Below, piece by piece: positions 10,281 through 21,800 of a stretch of 64,000 nucleotides of DNA. Below the pieces are notes generated by a model. It had not been told where the DNA came from, searched no databases, and saw only the letters and a program-made list of their open reading frames with translations. Every line of letters begins with the position of its first letter. Positions within the stretch are counted from its first letter, which is position 1. The stretch covers positions 47,732-111,731 of the forward strand of contig CAKPNA010000003.1 of NCBI GenBank assembly GCA_934168275.1. The letters run 5' to 3'. Source of the DNA: an uncultured Bacilli bacterium. Lineage in GTDB: Bacteria; Bacillota_I; Bacilli_A; RF39; UBA660. A program made the translations under genes and the position numbers.

Positions 10281-11145
10281 AATAGATAAATATTTACAAG
10301 ATAAAACAGACTATACTAGAAGTAAAATTCAAAAATTAATTGATAATAATAATATCTTAGTTAATAATAAAGAAGTAAAAGCTAGTTATAAAGTTAATCA
10401 AGGAGATATCATAACAATTGATGATAATTATCAAGAAGATACTGATATTAAACCACAAGACTTAAATCTAGATATCTACTATGAAGATGATGATTTATTA
10501 GTAGTTAATAAACCAAGTGGTATGGTTGTTCACCCCGCTATTGGTAATTATTCTAATACACTTGTTAATGGATTAATGTATCATTGTAATAAATTAAGTA
10601 CTATAAATGGTGAGGTTAGACCAGGAATTGTTCATCGAATAGATGCTGATACATCAGGCTTACTACTAGTTGCTAAAAACGATAAAGCTCACTTATCACT
10701 AGCAGAGCAAATAAGTAAAAAAACCGTTGTTAGAAAATATATTGCCCTAGTATATGGTGTCATAAAAGAAGATAGTGCTACTATTGATGCTCCAATAGGA
10801 CGAGATAAAAATAATCGTAAGAAAATGTGCGTTACTGCTGAAAACTCTAAACCAGCGGTTACTCATATTAAAGTATTAGAAAGATATAAAAATGCTACAT
10901 TAATTGAATGTATCCTTGAAACAGGAAGAACACATCAAATAAGAGTTCACATGCAATATATTAATCATCCTATTGTTAATGATCCCGTATATGGACATCA
11001 TAAACTAATAGATCCAGACTTTGGACAAATGCTTCATGCTAAAACAATAGGCTTTATCCATCCAACAACTAATCAATACATGGAGTTTACATCTCCTGTA
11101 CCGGAAAAATTTACAGAGATATTAAAAATATTTCAAGAACAATAA
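10243..11145 (+). CDS. rluD: RluA/RluD-family 23S rRNA pseudouridine synthase
   Basis: S4-like N-terminus plus HRIDADTSGLLLVAK catalytic motif and GRTHQIRVH. ATG 10243 is preceded by GGAGGG. The ORF track starts at 10222. Confidence 0.9.
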   Translation: MTEIKVEEEELTRIDKYLQDKTDYTRSKIQKLIDNNNILVNNKEVKASYKVNQGDIITIDDNYQEDTDIKPQDLNLDIYYEDDDLLVVNKPSGMVVHPAIGNYSNTLVNGLMYHCNKLSTINGEVRPGIVHRIDADTSGLLLVAKNDKAHLSLAEQISKKTVVRKYIALVYGVIKEDSATIDAPIGRDKNNRKKMCVTAENSKPAVTHIKVLERYKNATLIECILETGRTHQIRVHMQYINHPIVNDPVYGHHKLIDPDFGQMLHAKTIGFIHPTTNQYMEFTSPVPEKFTEILKIFQEQ

Positions 11146-11207
11146 AAGAACTTTATTTATTTAATATTTAATAGTATAATATAGTGTGTCGTCAGATGAG
11201 GTGAAAT

Positions 11208-12344
11208 ATGGTTCAAGAATTAAAAATAAACAATCGTGATTTACTTGTTATGAATTTAGTTCACTATTTTATGATTGAAAAAAATTATAGCCCCGTCGTA
11301 GTTCATGGGGTTAATGATGAAATATGGTTAGAAAACATGGAAGAAGATTACAAAATAGTTAGAATTGTTTCTAAATATATTCATAACAAAGAACAATTAG
11401 GATTTGATAAATTTAGATCTAAAAGAATAACAAAAGAGTTAAAAAAGAAAACATTAACGTTAAAAATGCCCGTACTAAGTATATATACTGATGTCGGTGA
11501 TACCGTTGAATTATGCAATGATGAATCATCAGATAGAGTCTTAGTAGAAAAAGAAAAAGATATTAAAAATCCAACATTAGTGGAAGTATTCCCTGATATT
11601 GTTGAAAAAACTAAACACGAAGAAAAAGGAATAGAATTATTTTTAAAATTTACTAATGATATAAATAACAATAATACTGTAAAAGCAAGTAAACTAGATA
11701 AAATATTCTCCATAAAGAAGCCTATTATTACTTATGCTATAATAACTATCTGTGTAATAGTATTTATTCTTATGGGAGGTGCTACAGATGGTAAAACATT
11801 ATTAGCATTTGGTGCTAACCTAGGCCTACTAGTTAAACAAGGAGAAATATATCGTTTACTTACTTGTGCCTTTGTTCATATAGGAATTATTCACCTAGTA
11901 GTTAATATGTATTCTCTATATGTTATCGGTTCACAAGTAGAAAACTTTTATGGAAAAATAAAATATCTATTAATATATTTAATAAGTGCTATATGTGGAA
12001 GTATCTTATCCATAGGATTTACAGATAATGTAATATCTGCCGGTGCTAGTGGAGCAATATTTGGTTTACTTGGAGCAATTCTATACTTTGGAGTTAAGTA
12101 TCGTACATACTTAGGTCAAACTATTAAAAGTCAAGTTATTCCAATAATATTAATTAACCTAGCAATTGGTTTTACAACTCCGGGAATCGATAATGCCGCT
12201 CATATTGGTGGTTTACTTGGTGGAGTATTATCTGCTATGGCCCTAGGCATAAATGAACAACAAGACAAATCATCTAAATTAAATGGTATAATTTTACTAG
12301 TAATATATATTGCATTTATTGTATATTTTGCATTCTTTAGATAG
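11208..12344 (+). CDS. Rhomboid-family intramembrane serine protease with N-terminal soluble domain
   Basis: 378 aa. GASGAIFGLLG (catalytic Ser) and AHIGGLLGG (catalytic His) within a multi-TM C-terminal half. Confidence 0.88.
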   Translation: MVQELKINNRDLLVMNLVHYFMIEKNYSPVVVHGVNDEIWLENMEEDYKIVRIVSKYIHNKEQLGFDKFRSKRITKELKKKTLTLKMPVLSIYTDVGDTVELCNDESSDRVLVEKEKDIKNPTLVEVFPDIVEKTKHEEKGIELFLKFTNDINNNNTVKASKLDKIFSIKKPIITYAIITICVIVFILMGGATDGKTLLAFGANLGLLVKQGEIYRLLTCAFVHIGIIHLVVNMYSLYVIGSQVENFYGKIKYLLIYLISAICGSILSIGFTDNVISAGASGAIFGLLGAILYFGVKYRTYLGQTIKSQVIPIILINLAIGFTTPGIDNAAHIGGLLGGVLSAMALGINEQQDKSSKLNGIILLVIYIAFIVYFAFFR

Positions 12345-12357
12345 TATTGATGCAGCC

Positions 12358-12386
12358 TGAAAGCCCCATAATATAAGGGCTTTTTT
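12358..12386 (+). terminator. Rho-independent terminator after the rhomboid gene
   Basis: aagccc-cataatataa-gggctt followed by T6. Confidence 0.7.
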
Positions 12387-12398
12387 AATTAAAAGCCC

Positions 12399-12427
12399 TT
12401 GACATTAAAGTATATATATGATATTAT
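12399..12427 (+). promoter_or_regulatory. Sigma-A promoter for tRNA-His
   Basis: TTGACA (12399-12404), 17-nt spacer, TATTAT (12422-12427). The tRNA starts 12 nt downstream. Confidence 0.7.
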
Positions 12428-12438
12428 TAAATTGTTCT

Positions 12439-12515
12439 GGCGGATGTGGTGAAGTGGTTAACACGGTGGATTGTGGTTCCATTATTCGTGGGTTCGATTC
12501 CCACCATCCGTCCCA
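12439..12515 (+). tRNA. tRNA-His (anticodon GTG)
   Basis: Hand-folded cloverleaf. An extra 5' G(-1) pairs with discriminator C. Acceptor GCGGATG/CATCCGT, anticodon loop TTGTGGT, T-arm GTGGG-TTCGATT-CCCAC, encoded CCA. Confidence 0.9.
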
Positions 12516-12600
12516 TTAAATTGATCTTGACCGCAATCTTTATAATTAACCTTATATTGATTGCGTTTTTTACATATTAAAATAGTAAGAGGTGTTCGTA

Positions 12601-13320
12601 ATGACAGAATATTCATTTGGTAAAACATTGGCAAAGTTAAGAAAAGAAAGAAAACTTACTCAACAAGAATTAGCAGATTTATTAAATGTTACAAATAAAA
12701 CAATATCAAAATGGGAAACTAACACAACTGCACCGGACATTGATACATTAAAAAGAATATCGCAAGTACTAAATGTTCCAGTAGATGTCTTACTAGGCAA
12801 TAGCAAATTAACTATAACAGATAAAAGTAGCAAATATAAGCTAACCAAAAAGAAGTTAATACTATTACTAGCATTATTATTTGCCTCTATATTCTTTATC
12901 TACTATCTTATAGCTAACTTTATATTAAATACTAAATCTTATTCACTAATAAGTGGTGATGATAGATTTACAATAGAAGGTAATATTACTGTAGATAACA
13001 AACAATATTATCTATCTCTAGAAGTAAAAGGATTAAATGATGAACAACTAGGAGATATTATTATTAATAATGTTCAATATTCAATCATTATTGATGACAA
13101 AATTATTTATAATAATGGTGATATTCCGCTAATTATGACGCTAACAGAAAAAACAAGTTTAAGCAAATATATATCAAAAATTTCTATAAACCACAATGAT
13201 AGAAAAAATGAAAATTTAAAAAGTGTTTTAGATAATGGCTTAATTTTACAAATTAAATATGTTGATGAATACAACAAAACTAATGTGATAAATATCCCTG
13301 TATTAGTTAAAAATAATTAA
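12601..13320 (+). CDS. XRE-family HTH transcriptional regulator with TM segment and extracytoplasmic C-terminal domain
   Basis: N-terminal LRKERKLTQQELADLLNVTNKTISKWET HTH_3 motif, then TM LILLLALLFASIFFIYYLIANFIL. ATG 12601 follows AAGAGG. The ORF track starts at GTG 12592. Confidence 0.8.
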   Translation: MTEYSFGKTLAKLRKERKLTQQELADLLNVTNKTISKWETNTTAPDIDTLKRISQVLNVPVDVLLGNSKLTITDKSSKYKLTKKKLILLLALLFASIFFIYYLIANFILNTKSYSLISGDDRFTIEGNITVDNKQYYLSLEVKGLNDEQLGDIIINNVQYSIIIDDKIIYNNGDIPLIMTLTEKTSLSKYISKISINHNDRKNENLKSVLDNGLILQIKYVDEYNKTNVINIPVLVKNN

Positions 13321-13322
13321 TT

Positions 13323-13369
13323 CCCCTGAAAAAGCGACAAGATTCGCCAACTCAGGGGTTTATTTTTTT
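13323..13369 (+). terminator. Rho-independent terminator
   Basis: cccctga...tcagggg stem (with an inner gcga/tcgc stem) followed by a T-rich run. Confidence 0.65.
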
Positions 13370-13409
13370 ACCTCCAAATGCTAGAATTTTTAGTGAAAGG
13401 AGGCAAGAG

Positions 13410-14237
13410 ATGAGTAAATTAAAAAACTACTTGTTAGCAGTTTTGACAATGAGTTTATTATTTACTACTTCAATTAAAGCAGAGGAAAATATAATAGAAA
13501 ATTACTTTGGTATTAAAATGACAACAACTGAATATAATAATCTTCTAAATTTAGGATTTTCTGAAGAAGATATCTATCTAATGGATGAAGATACTTATAT
13601 TAATAATAAAGATTTAATTGGACATGTAGTATCAACTAATGTAACGCGTTATAAAACTGTAAGAAGAGGTTTAGAAACAGTAACTTATGTTGCTACTGAA
13701 GAGGAATTCCAAAGTAGAAACGAGGTTATGCCACTAGGTCTTGTTGAAAACTATTGGCGTAGTGTTGTTACTAGAATAACACAAATTGATTCAAATTATC
13801 GTTATATTGTATCAACAATTTGGAATACTATGCCAACAGAAAGAAATTATGATGTTATTGCTATTGGAATTACAAGTGATGTAATACGTTCAACTTATCC
13901 TACGTTTACCCGTCATTATTGTGATTACGACGATTGCTATAATTCTAGTATTGCAGCAGTAAAAACAGCTCGATACGGGGCCGGAGCATCATTCAAGATA
14001 CCAAGTGGTACATTAACAGGTATGGCTGCATCGCTATATTTTGATGTCACGAAAAATGTATCATGGACATTAACAAGTCAAGAATTTTGTGGAGAATATG
14101 CTCATGGCGATGGTACATCATTAACTGAATCAAAAGATTATACAATTGCAACAGGCGGAATAGGATTTGGTGCATCTGCTGTTGACAAATATGTTATAAT
14201 GGGCTGTTCATATGGCACATGGACAGGTACATGGTAA
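13410..14237 (+). CDS. Secreted hypothetical protein
   Basis: 275 aa. Signal-peptide-like N-terminus LLAVLTMSLLFTTSIKA/EEN. AAAGGAGG RBS. No recognisable catalytic motif. Confidence 0.65.
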   Translation: MSKLKNYLLAVLTMSLLFTTSIKAEENIIENYFGIKMTTTEYNNLLNLGFSEEDIYLMDEDTYINNKDLIGHVVSTNVTRYKTVRRGLETVTYVATEEEFQSRNEVMPLGLVENYWRSVVTRITQIDSNYRYIVSTIWNTMPTERNYDVIAIGITSDVIRSTYPTFTRHYCDYDDCYNSSIAAVKTARYGAGASFKIPSGTLTGMAASLYFDVTKNVSWTLTSQEFCGEYAHGDGTSLTESKDYTIATGGIGFGASAVDKYVIMGCSYGTWTGTW

Positions 14238-14384
14238 AATTTAAAATTAGAAATTAAATTAAAATTTTGTGCCAAAAAAATAAATTAAAAAAAATAAATT
14301 AAATATCTAAGAAAGTAAACGTACAATTTTGGAGGGTACTGTTATGTCAGTACCTTCCATATAATTAAAAAGGAGTTAAATAAA

Positions 14385-14954
14385 ATGTTTGGATTAGACA
14401 AAGAAACACTGTCAATAATTTTAGTAGTAGTAATAGCAGTAGTAACAACAATTATCGTAGTATGTACACTTCATCATCTTATGACAAAACCATATGTAGA
14501 TAAGATGATACTTAGTAAAAGTGATAGACTAGATAGATTTAGATTCGAAAATAATGGATTTGTATATAAAAATATGGTAGGAGATAAAAAATATGTAGAT
14601 ATTCCCGTAGTACCATATGATTTTAAAAAGAAACCAAAAAATAAAGTAGGATGTGCTATCTCTAATGCAATATTATTTTCTGATCATTATATAACAGGAG
14701 TAGCCGGTCTAAAAATATTTGCTGATGTTTCATACTATAGTGATGTATATATGTATATTAACGAAATAAGTGATAAAAAATATGATAAGACATCAATACA
14801 ACTTAAATTACCATCAGGATTAAATATTCAAGTTTACATAACAAGATTAGACCCACATAAAAAATATTATATTAAAGTAGAAGGCCCTGCATTCTTTTTA
14901 GGATTAATCGAACCATTTGGCAATTTCTTATCCTTAGATGACCTAGATAATTAG
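14385..14954 (+). CDS. Hypothetical membrane-anchored protein
   Basis: 189 aa. N-terminal TM LSIILVVVIAVVTTIIVVCTL. AAAGGAG RBS. Confidence 0.6.
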   Translation: MFGLDKETLSIILVVVIAVVTTIIVVCTLHHLMTKPYVDKMILSKSDRLDRFRFENNGFVYKNMVGDKKYVDIPVVPYDFKKKPKNKVGCAISNAILFSDHYITGVAGLKIFADVSYYSDVYMYINEISDKKYDKTSIQLKLPSGLNIQVYITRLDPHKKYYIKVEGPAFFLGLIEPFGNFLSLDDLDN

Positions 14955-15079
14955 GCAATAATTTTTTTCAATGTATTGTTAGTAGTATTAGAAATGCTAA
15001 ATATCAATATTTATTATTTCTGATACTATTAATAGTATTTTATTTATTAATGCATAATACCTTATAATAGGGAGGTATT

Positions 15080-15490
15080 ATGTTTTCTTTAATTAAATTA
15101 TCTTCTTATAAAAACTCATATAAATATTTAAATAAACTATCTGAATACTTATATTCGAGTATAATTTTATCGATAGATAATGTAAATATAGCAGAGTATA
15201 TTAGTAATAGTGATACTATAGTTGTAAATGTAAACTTAGATAATATAAACTATAATCTTAATAAAATAAAAGAAATAGTACCAAAAGATAAAACATTATA
15301 TATTATCTTAGAGTATAATGACTTAAATGATGCTAAAGAGTTTATTAATAGTATAAAAGAAGAATATAGTAATTACCATGGCGCATTAATATTAAAAAAT
15401 ACTATCTTTAATCATAAGAAAAACGAGAAAAAATATAATTTATTCAGATATAAAGTAAAATATAATGTTGTAATTTTTGATAATCAATAA
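15080..15490 (+). CDS. Hypothetical protein
   Basis: 136 aa ORF with a GGGAGG RBS. No motif recognised. Confidence 0.5.
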   Translation: MFSLIKLSSYKNSYKYLNKLSEYLYSSIILSIDNVNIAEYISNSDTIVVNVNLDNINYNLNKIKEIVPKDKTLYIILEYNDLNDAKEFINSIKEEYSNYHGALILKNTIFNHKKNEKKYNLFRYKVKYNVVIFDNQ

Positions 15491-15547
15491 AAATTATAGA
15501 CTAATATTTAAGTATTTGATAAAATATTTATAGGAAGTAGGGATAGT

Positions 15548-16408
15548 ATGGTAAGTAGTAAAGATAAAACAATAGTAGCGCTTATTTATGATTTTGATAA
15601 AACTTTATGCGATAAAGATATGCAAGAATATTCTTTTATACCAAGTTTAGGATTATCATCAGAGGAATTTTGGGAAGAAACTGATAAAGTAACAGAAAAA
15701 AATCATATGGATAAAGTGCTATCATACATGTATATGATGATTCATATGTCTAATAAAAAAGAAAAGTCAATAAAAAGAGAGGATTTTGTTAAATTAGGTA
15801 AAGATATAAACTTATATCCAGGTGTTAAAGATTGGTTTACAAGAATTAACGAATATGGTGAATCTATTGGTATTACTGTAGAACACTATATAATATCATC
15901 AGGACTAAAAGAAATAATTGAAGGAACAGAAATAGCTAAATACTTTAAAGAAATATATGCTTGTGAATTTTTATATGATCATAATGGTATAGCTGTATGG
16001 CCCGCTATGAGTGTTAACTATACTGCTAAAACTCAGTTCCTATCACGTATTAATAAAGGTGTACTAGATATTTCTGATGATACAACATTAAATAGAATGA
16101 TGTTAGAAGATGACCGTCGAATATCTACTAAAAACATGCTCTATGTTGGTGACGGAATAACTGATATTCCATCAATGCGTATGGTTAGAGGTAATGGTGG
16201 TTATACAATAGCCGTATACCAACAAAACAAAGAAGAAATAGCCAAAAGCCTTCTGGCAGAGGACCGTGCTAGTTATGCTGCCTTAGCTGATTATACAGAA
16301 AATAGTACAATGGATGAACTAATAAAAACAATATTATTAGAAATGAAAATAAATACTGAACTAAGAAATATTCATAAAGAACAATTAAAAATATTTACTA
16401 ATAAATAA
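15548..16408 (+). CDS. HAD-superfamily hydrolase
   Basis: 286 aa. Motif I IYDFDKTL (DxD/DxT type) and motif IV VGDGITDIP. Confidence 0.8.
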   Translation: MVSSKDKTIVALIYDFDKTLCDKDMQEYSFIPSLGLSSEEFWEETDKVTEKNHMDKVLSYMYMMIHMSNKKEKSIKREDFVKLGKDINLYPGVKDWFTRINEYGESIGITVEHYIISSGLKEIIEGTEIAKYFKEIYACEFLYDHNGIAVWPAMSVNYTAKTQFLSRINKGVLDISDDTTLNRMMLEDDRRISTKNMLYVGDGITDIPSMRMVRGNGGYTIAVYQQNKEEIAKSLLAEDRASYAALADYTENSTMDELIKTILLEMKINTELRNIHKEQLKIFTNK

Positions 16409-16492
16409 AATAAAAAAACTTTTGTTAACACAGCTGATTTATGTATTGACATATTGTTTTTTTTTTGCCAAAATTAAGTTGAGGTAGATATT

Positions 16493-18883
16493 ATGAATTT
16501 CATAAAAGAATTAAAAAATAATAGTTTATTAATATGTCCTAATGATATAAAGAGAATTATATTACAAGAGTTAAATAAGTTAAATAAACTAATAAATATT
16601 AAATTTATGACTATAGAAGAATTAGTTAAAAAGTATTATTTTGATTATGATAATAAAACTATTCTATATCTTATAAATAATTATCACATTAATTATGATA
16701 TAGCTATAATTTATCTAAGAAATATATACTATATAAATGATTATAATTATACTGATTCTAAATTAAATAAGTTAAAAAATATTAAAAAAGATTTACAAGA
16801 CCATAACTTATTAATTAAAGATAAACTATTTAAAGACTTTTTAAAGAATAAAGAAATAATAGTTTATGGTTATGATTATTTAGTAGATATTAATAATAAA
16901 GTAATTAAAGATATATCAAAAGACTATCCTGTAAGAATAATCGATAAAGAGTATCAAGAATATCCACATGTTATATATGAAGCTAGTACTATGGAAGAAG
17001 AAATAGAATTTGTATGTAAACAAATATGTGAACTTATCAACAAAGGTGTGGATATAAATAAAATAAAATTAAGTAATATAAGTAGTGAATATAACATTCC
17101 TCTTAAAAGAATTTTCTCTATGTATAATATTCCACTATATTTAAATGATGAACCATCTATCTATTCAACTAAAGTAGTAAGCGATTTCTTAGAACTCTAC
17201 AATAGCGATATAACTATAACTATAGATAAATTAAAAGAATTATATCCTAACTCTGATATAGTTAATAAAATAATTGACATTGTAAATGAATATTATTTTG
17301 TTGATGATTATGAAGAAGTAAAAGTTCTTATAATTCACGACTTACAAAGAACAAAAATAGTTAATAAAGCTTACACTAACTGTGTAAAAGTAATTGATTA
17401 TAATACTTATATAGCAGATGATGAATATATATTCTTAATGAATTTTAACCAAAATAGTATTCCAATTATTAAAAAAGATGAAGACTACCTATCAAATGAT
17501 ATAAAAACATCTCTATCTCTAGAAGATACTTATACTGTTAATAGATTAGAAAAAGAATCTAATATTAGAAATATTAAAAATATTAAAAATTTAACTATAA
17601 CATATAAACTAAAAAGTCAAACAACTAGTTATTATCCATCAAACTTAGTTGAAGATCTTAACTATCAAGTAATTAAAATTGAAAATGATATCTTGACTAG
17701 TTATTCTACTTTATATAATAAAATAAAACTAACTAAAAGTTTAGATAATTTAATAAAATATGGCATCGCTACTAAAGAATTATCAATATTAAACAATAAC
17801 TATCAAATAGATTATTTAAAATATAACCATAAATATAGCAAAATAGATAAATCTGATTATTATAATTATATAAATAATAATTTGGTTATGTCTTATTCTA
17901 CTATGGATAATTATAATAAATGTGCTTTTAGATATTACTTAGCTAATGTATTAAAGATAGATATCTATGATGATACTTTTATTGCCTTTATTGGTAGTTT
18001 ATTTCACCATATCTTAGAGATAGGTTTATTAAATGATATTGATGTAAATATAGAAATAGATAATTATATAAAAGATAGTAATAGAGAACTATCTAATAAA
18101 GAAAAATTCTTTGTTAATAAAATAAGTAAAGATATTGAATTTGTCCTAAAAACAATTCGTAAACAACTAAGTTATAGTAATCTAGATAAAATATTATTTG
18201 AAGAAGAAATAAAAGTAGTAAAACAAGAAGATATAACTATCACATTTAAAGGCTTTATTGATAAAATAATGTATCAAGAAAGGCCAAATGAAGTAATAGT
18301 AGCCCTTATAGATTATAAAACGGGCTCAGCAGACATTAAATTAGAAAACACTATTTATGGATTAAGTTTACAATTACCGGTATATTTATATTTAGCTAAT
18401 CATAAGTTTAAAAATGTCAAATTTGCCGGTTTCTATCTCCAACATATTCTACAAAATGAAATATCTATCGATAAAAGTAAAACATATAATCAGAAGAAAG
18501 AAGATAATCTTAAACTAGAAGGGTACTCCAATAGTGATGTCAATATTTTAAGAGAATTTGACAGCAATTATGAAAGTAGTAATATGATAAAAGGTATGAG
18601 ATGTAAAAAAGATGGTAGTTTTTATAGTAATACTAAAGTACTAAATGATGACCAAATAAATAAATTAATAGATATCGTTGAAGATAACATAAAAAGTAAT
18701 GCTACTAAAATTAGTAATGTGGAATTTGACATCAACCCTAAACAAGTAGGTTATGCCCCTGATAGTTTAGTTGGATGCAAATTCTGTAAGTTTAAAGATA
18801 TCTGTTTTATGGATAATAAAGATATTGTAATTTTAAAAGAAGAAAAAGATTTATCATTCCTAGGAGGTGAAGAAGATGCCTAG
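16493..18883 (+). CDS. addB: ATP-dependent helicase/nuclease AddAB, subunit B (short RexB-like form)
   Basis: 796 aa, immediately upstream of and overlapping addA. C-terminal PD-(D/E)xK module (LIDYKTG) flanked by Fe-S cysteines (NKCAFRYY ... GCKFCKFKDIC, i.e. CxxCx5C). Confidence 0.82.
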   Translation: MNFIKELKNNSLLICPNDIKRIILQELNKLNKLINIKFMTIEELVKKYYFDYDNKTILYLINNYHINYDIAIIYLRNIYYINDYNYTDSKLNKLKNIKKDLQDHNLLIKDKLFKDFLKNKEIIVYGYDYLVDINNKVIKDISKDYPVRIIDKEYQEYPHVIYEASTMEEEIEFVCKQICELINKGVDINKIKLSNISSEYNIPLKRIFSMYNIPLYLNDEPSIYSTKVVSDFLELYNSDITITIDKLKELYPNSDIVNKIIDIVNEYYFVDDYEEVKVLIIHDLQRTKIVNKAYTNCVKVIDYNTYIADDEYIFLMNFNQNSIPIIKKDEDYLSNDIKTSLSLEDTYTVNRLEKESNIRNIKNIKNLTITYKLKSQTTSYYPSNLVEDLNYQVIKIENDILTSYSTLYNKIKLTKSLDNLIKYGIATKELSILNNNYQIDYLKYNHKYSKIDKSDYYNYINNNLVMSYSTMDNYNKCAFRYYLANVLKIDIYDDTFIAFIGSLFHHILEIGLLNDIDVNIEIDNYIKDSNRELSNKEKFFVNKISKDIEFVLKTIRKQLSYSNLDKILFEEEIKVVKQEDITITFKGFIDKIMYQERPNEVIVALIDYKTGSADIKLENTIYGLSLQLPVYLYLANHKFKNVKFAGFYLQHILQNEISIDKSKTYNQKKEDNLKLEGYSNSDVNILREFDSNYESSNMIKGMRCKKDGSFYSNTKVLNDDQINKLIDIVEDNIKSNATKISNVEFDINPKQVGYAPDSLVGCKFCKFKDICFMDNKDIVILKEEKDLSFLGGEEDA

Positions 18884-21800
18884 TTGGACTAAAGAACAAT
18901 TACAAGCTATAAACGAAGAAGGACAAAATATTATTGTATCAGCCGGAGCTGGTTCAGGTAAGACAGCCGTTCTATCTGAAAGGGTATTAAGAAAATTAAA
19001 ACAAGGAATTGATATTAACAGACTATTAGTACTAACATTTACTAATGAAGCCGCTGGTGAAATGAAAAATAGAATTAGAAAAAAAATTAAACAAGAACCA
19101 TCTCTAAAAAAACAACTAGATTATCTTGATGCTTCATATATTACAACATTTGATAGTTATGCTGGCTCTATTGTAAAAAAATATCATTATCTCTTAAATA
19201 TTCCTAAAAATATTACTATTATTGATAATGGTTTATTAGAACTTCAAAAAGACACCCTACTAGATAGTATTTTTGAATCTCTATATCAAAAACAAGATAA
19301 TGATTTCACAAATCTAATTAATAATTTTTGCACTAAAGATGATAAAGAAATTAAAAATGCAATAAAGAAAATTAACAATTCTCTAAATTTACGTCTAGAT
19401 AAAGATGAATATCTTGATAATTATAAATTAGATATTCCTAAGTATCTAAAACAATATAATGAACTACTACAGCATAAATTACTTGAACTAGAAAATGTTC
19501 TATATCGTTTAAGTTATTCATCCGATAGTACCTTCTATGAAAATATGTCTATCGCTTTAGAACCTCTACTAAAAAGTAGCAGTTATGATGAAATAGCCAA
19601 TAATTTTGCTTTAGTAAGTTTACCAAGAATACCTAAAGATAGTGAAGATGATATTAAGAAATTAAAAGATGAAATATCAAAAATACTAAAAGAATTTGAA
19701 ACTTTATGCCGATTCTCTAATGAAAAAGAAATTGAAGAATCTGTAAAGCAGACAGAAAACTATATAAGAATTATTATTAAAATTATTAAAGAATATGATA
19801 GTCAAATAATGGAATTTAAAAGAAATAATAATGCTTACGAATTTACTGATATTGCTTTATTTGCCATTAAAATAGTTAAAGATAATGAAGAAATAAGAAA
19901 AGAATTACAAAACTATTATAATGAAATATTAGTTGATGAATATCAAGATACTAGTGATTTGCAAGAGGCCTTTATTAACTTAATAGAAAACAACAATGTC
20001 TACATGGTTGGAGATATCAAACAATCTATCTATCGCTTTAGAAATGCTAACCCAACAATATTTAAAAATAAATATGATAAATATGCAAACGCTGATGGCG
20101 GATTAAAAATAGACTTACTTAAAAACTTTCGTTCAAGAAGCGAAGTTTTAAATAATATTAATGAAATATTTAATTTAATAATGGATAATACTCTAGGAGG
20201 AGCACAATATAGTGAATCTCATCAAATGGTATTTGGTAATACTACATATAATGAACAAGGACTAACTAATCAAAATAATAATCTAGAAATATATAACTAT
20301 CACTTAGAAGATAAAACATATTCTAAAGAAGAAGTTGAAGCATTTATTATTGCTAATGATATAAAAAATAAAATAGATAACCACTACCAAATATTTGATA
20401 AAGACACCTTAGAAGTAAAAGATATTACTTATTCTGATATCTGTATTATCATGGATAGAGGATCATCATTCCCATTATATAAAAAGATATTTGAATACCT
20501 ACATATTCCACTATCTATATATCAAGATGAAAAACTAACCACTGAAACAGATATTATATTAATAAAAAATATTATAAACTTTATCTTAAAAATAAAAGAA
20601 AAGAAATATGATACAGAATTTAAATATTATTACACATCAATCGCTAGAAGTTATCTTTTTGGTTGTTCAGATAGCGAAATATTTAAAACATTTACTAACA
20701 AAGACTTCTACCATACAGAAATCTTTAAATTAAGTAAAGAAATAGCTGATAATTTAGAAGAATTAACTAATATAGAACTACTAAATAACATAATTAACAA
20801 GTTTAATATCTACGAAAAAACAATTTTAGTAGGAGATATTGAAAGAAGTATGTATCGTATTCAAAACTTACAAAATATTGCCATGAACTTAGATAACTTA
20901 GGCTATAACCCATATCTATTCGGTGAATATCTAAAAGAAATGACTAATGGTAATAATGAAATAAGATATTCTTTAAATACTAAGAGTGGTAATAACGTAA
21001 AGATAATGAATATTCATAAATCTAAAGGCTTAGAATTTAATATTTGCTATTTCAGTGGTTTTCACAAAGAGTTTAATAAAGAAGATACTAAAGATAGATT
21101 TATATATGATAGTTCATTAGAAATTATTACCCCATATTATAACGAAGGAATAGGTAGCACTATTCTAAAAGATTTATTTAAAGATAAATATAAACAAGAA
21201 GATATATCTGAACGTATTAGACTATTTTATGTTGCCTTGACAAGATGTAAAGAAAAAATGATTATGGTATGTTCTCTTGATGAAGAAAAGAATATTGTTG
21301 AAGACATTGTAGACACCTCTATTAGAAGTAAATACAAATCTTTCTTAGATATTATTAATTCAATAAAAACAAAAATACCAAATTATATAAAATCTATTAA
21401 CTTAGATGATATAAATCTATCTAAAGACTATAACATTGTTCTAAGTAATAATTATCAAGATAAAATAGAACAAGATAATACTATTATTAATACTAAAGAA
21501 ATATCTATTGACCAAGTTGAAGAACAAAAACAAAGAGCTTCTAAAATAAGTAATAAACTAATAAGTAAAGAAGAAGCTAAAAACATGGAATATGGTACTT
21601 ATATGCACTATATATTTGAAACTGTCGACTTTAATAACCCAATATTAGATATTGAACCATTCTACCTAGATAAAATAAATAAATTTATCTCAGCAGTTGG
21701 TGATATAAAAGAAGCCCAAGTGTATAAAGAATACGAATTTATATATACTAAAGATAATAAAGAATATCATGGTATTATCGACTTATTACTAGAGTATGAT

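Noticed and set aside
14330-14370. Hairpin ggagggtactg-ttatgt-cagtaccttcc upstream of gene 14385, as a riboswitch or terminator.
   Set aside because: It is a single short imperfect stem without a T-tract or flanking conserved sequence. That is insufficient to call any regulatory element.
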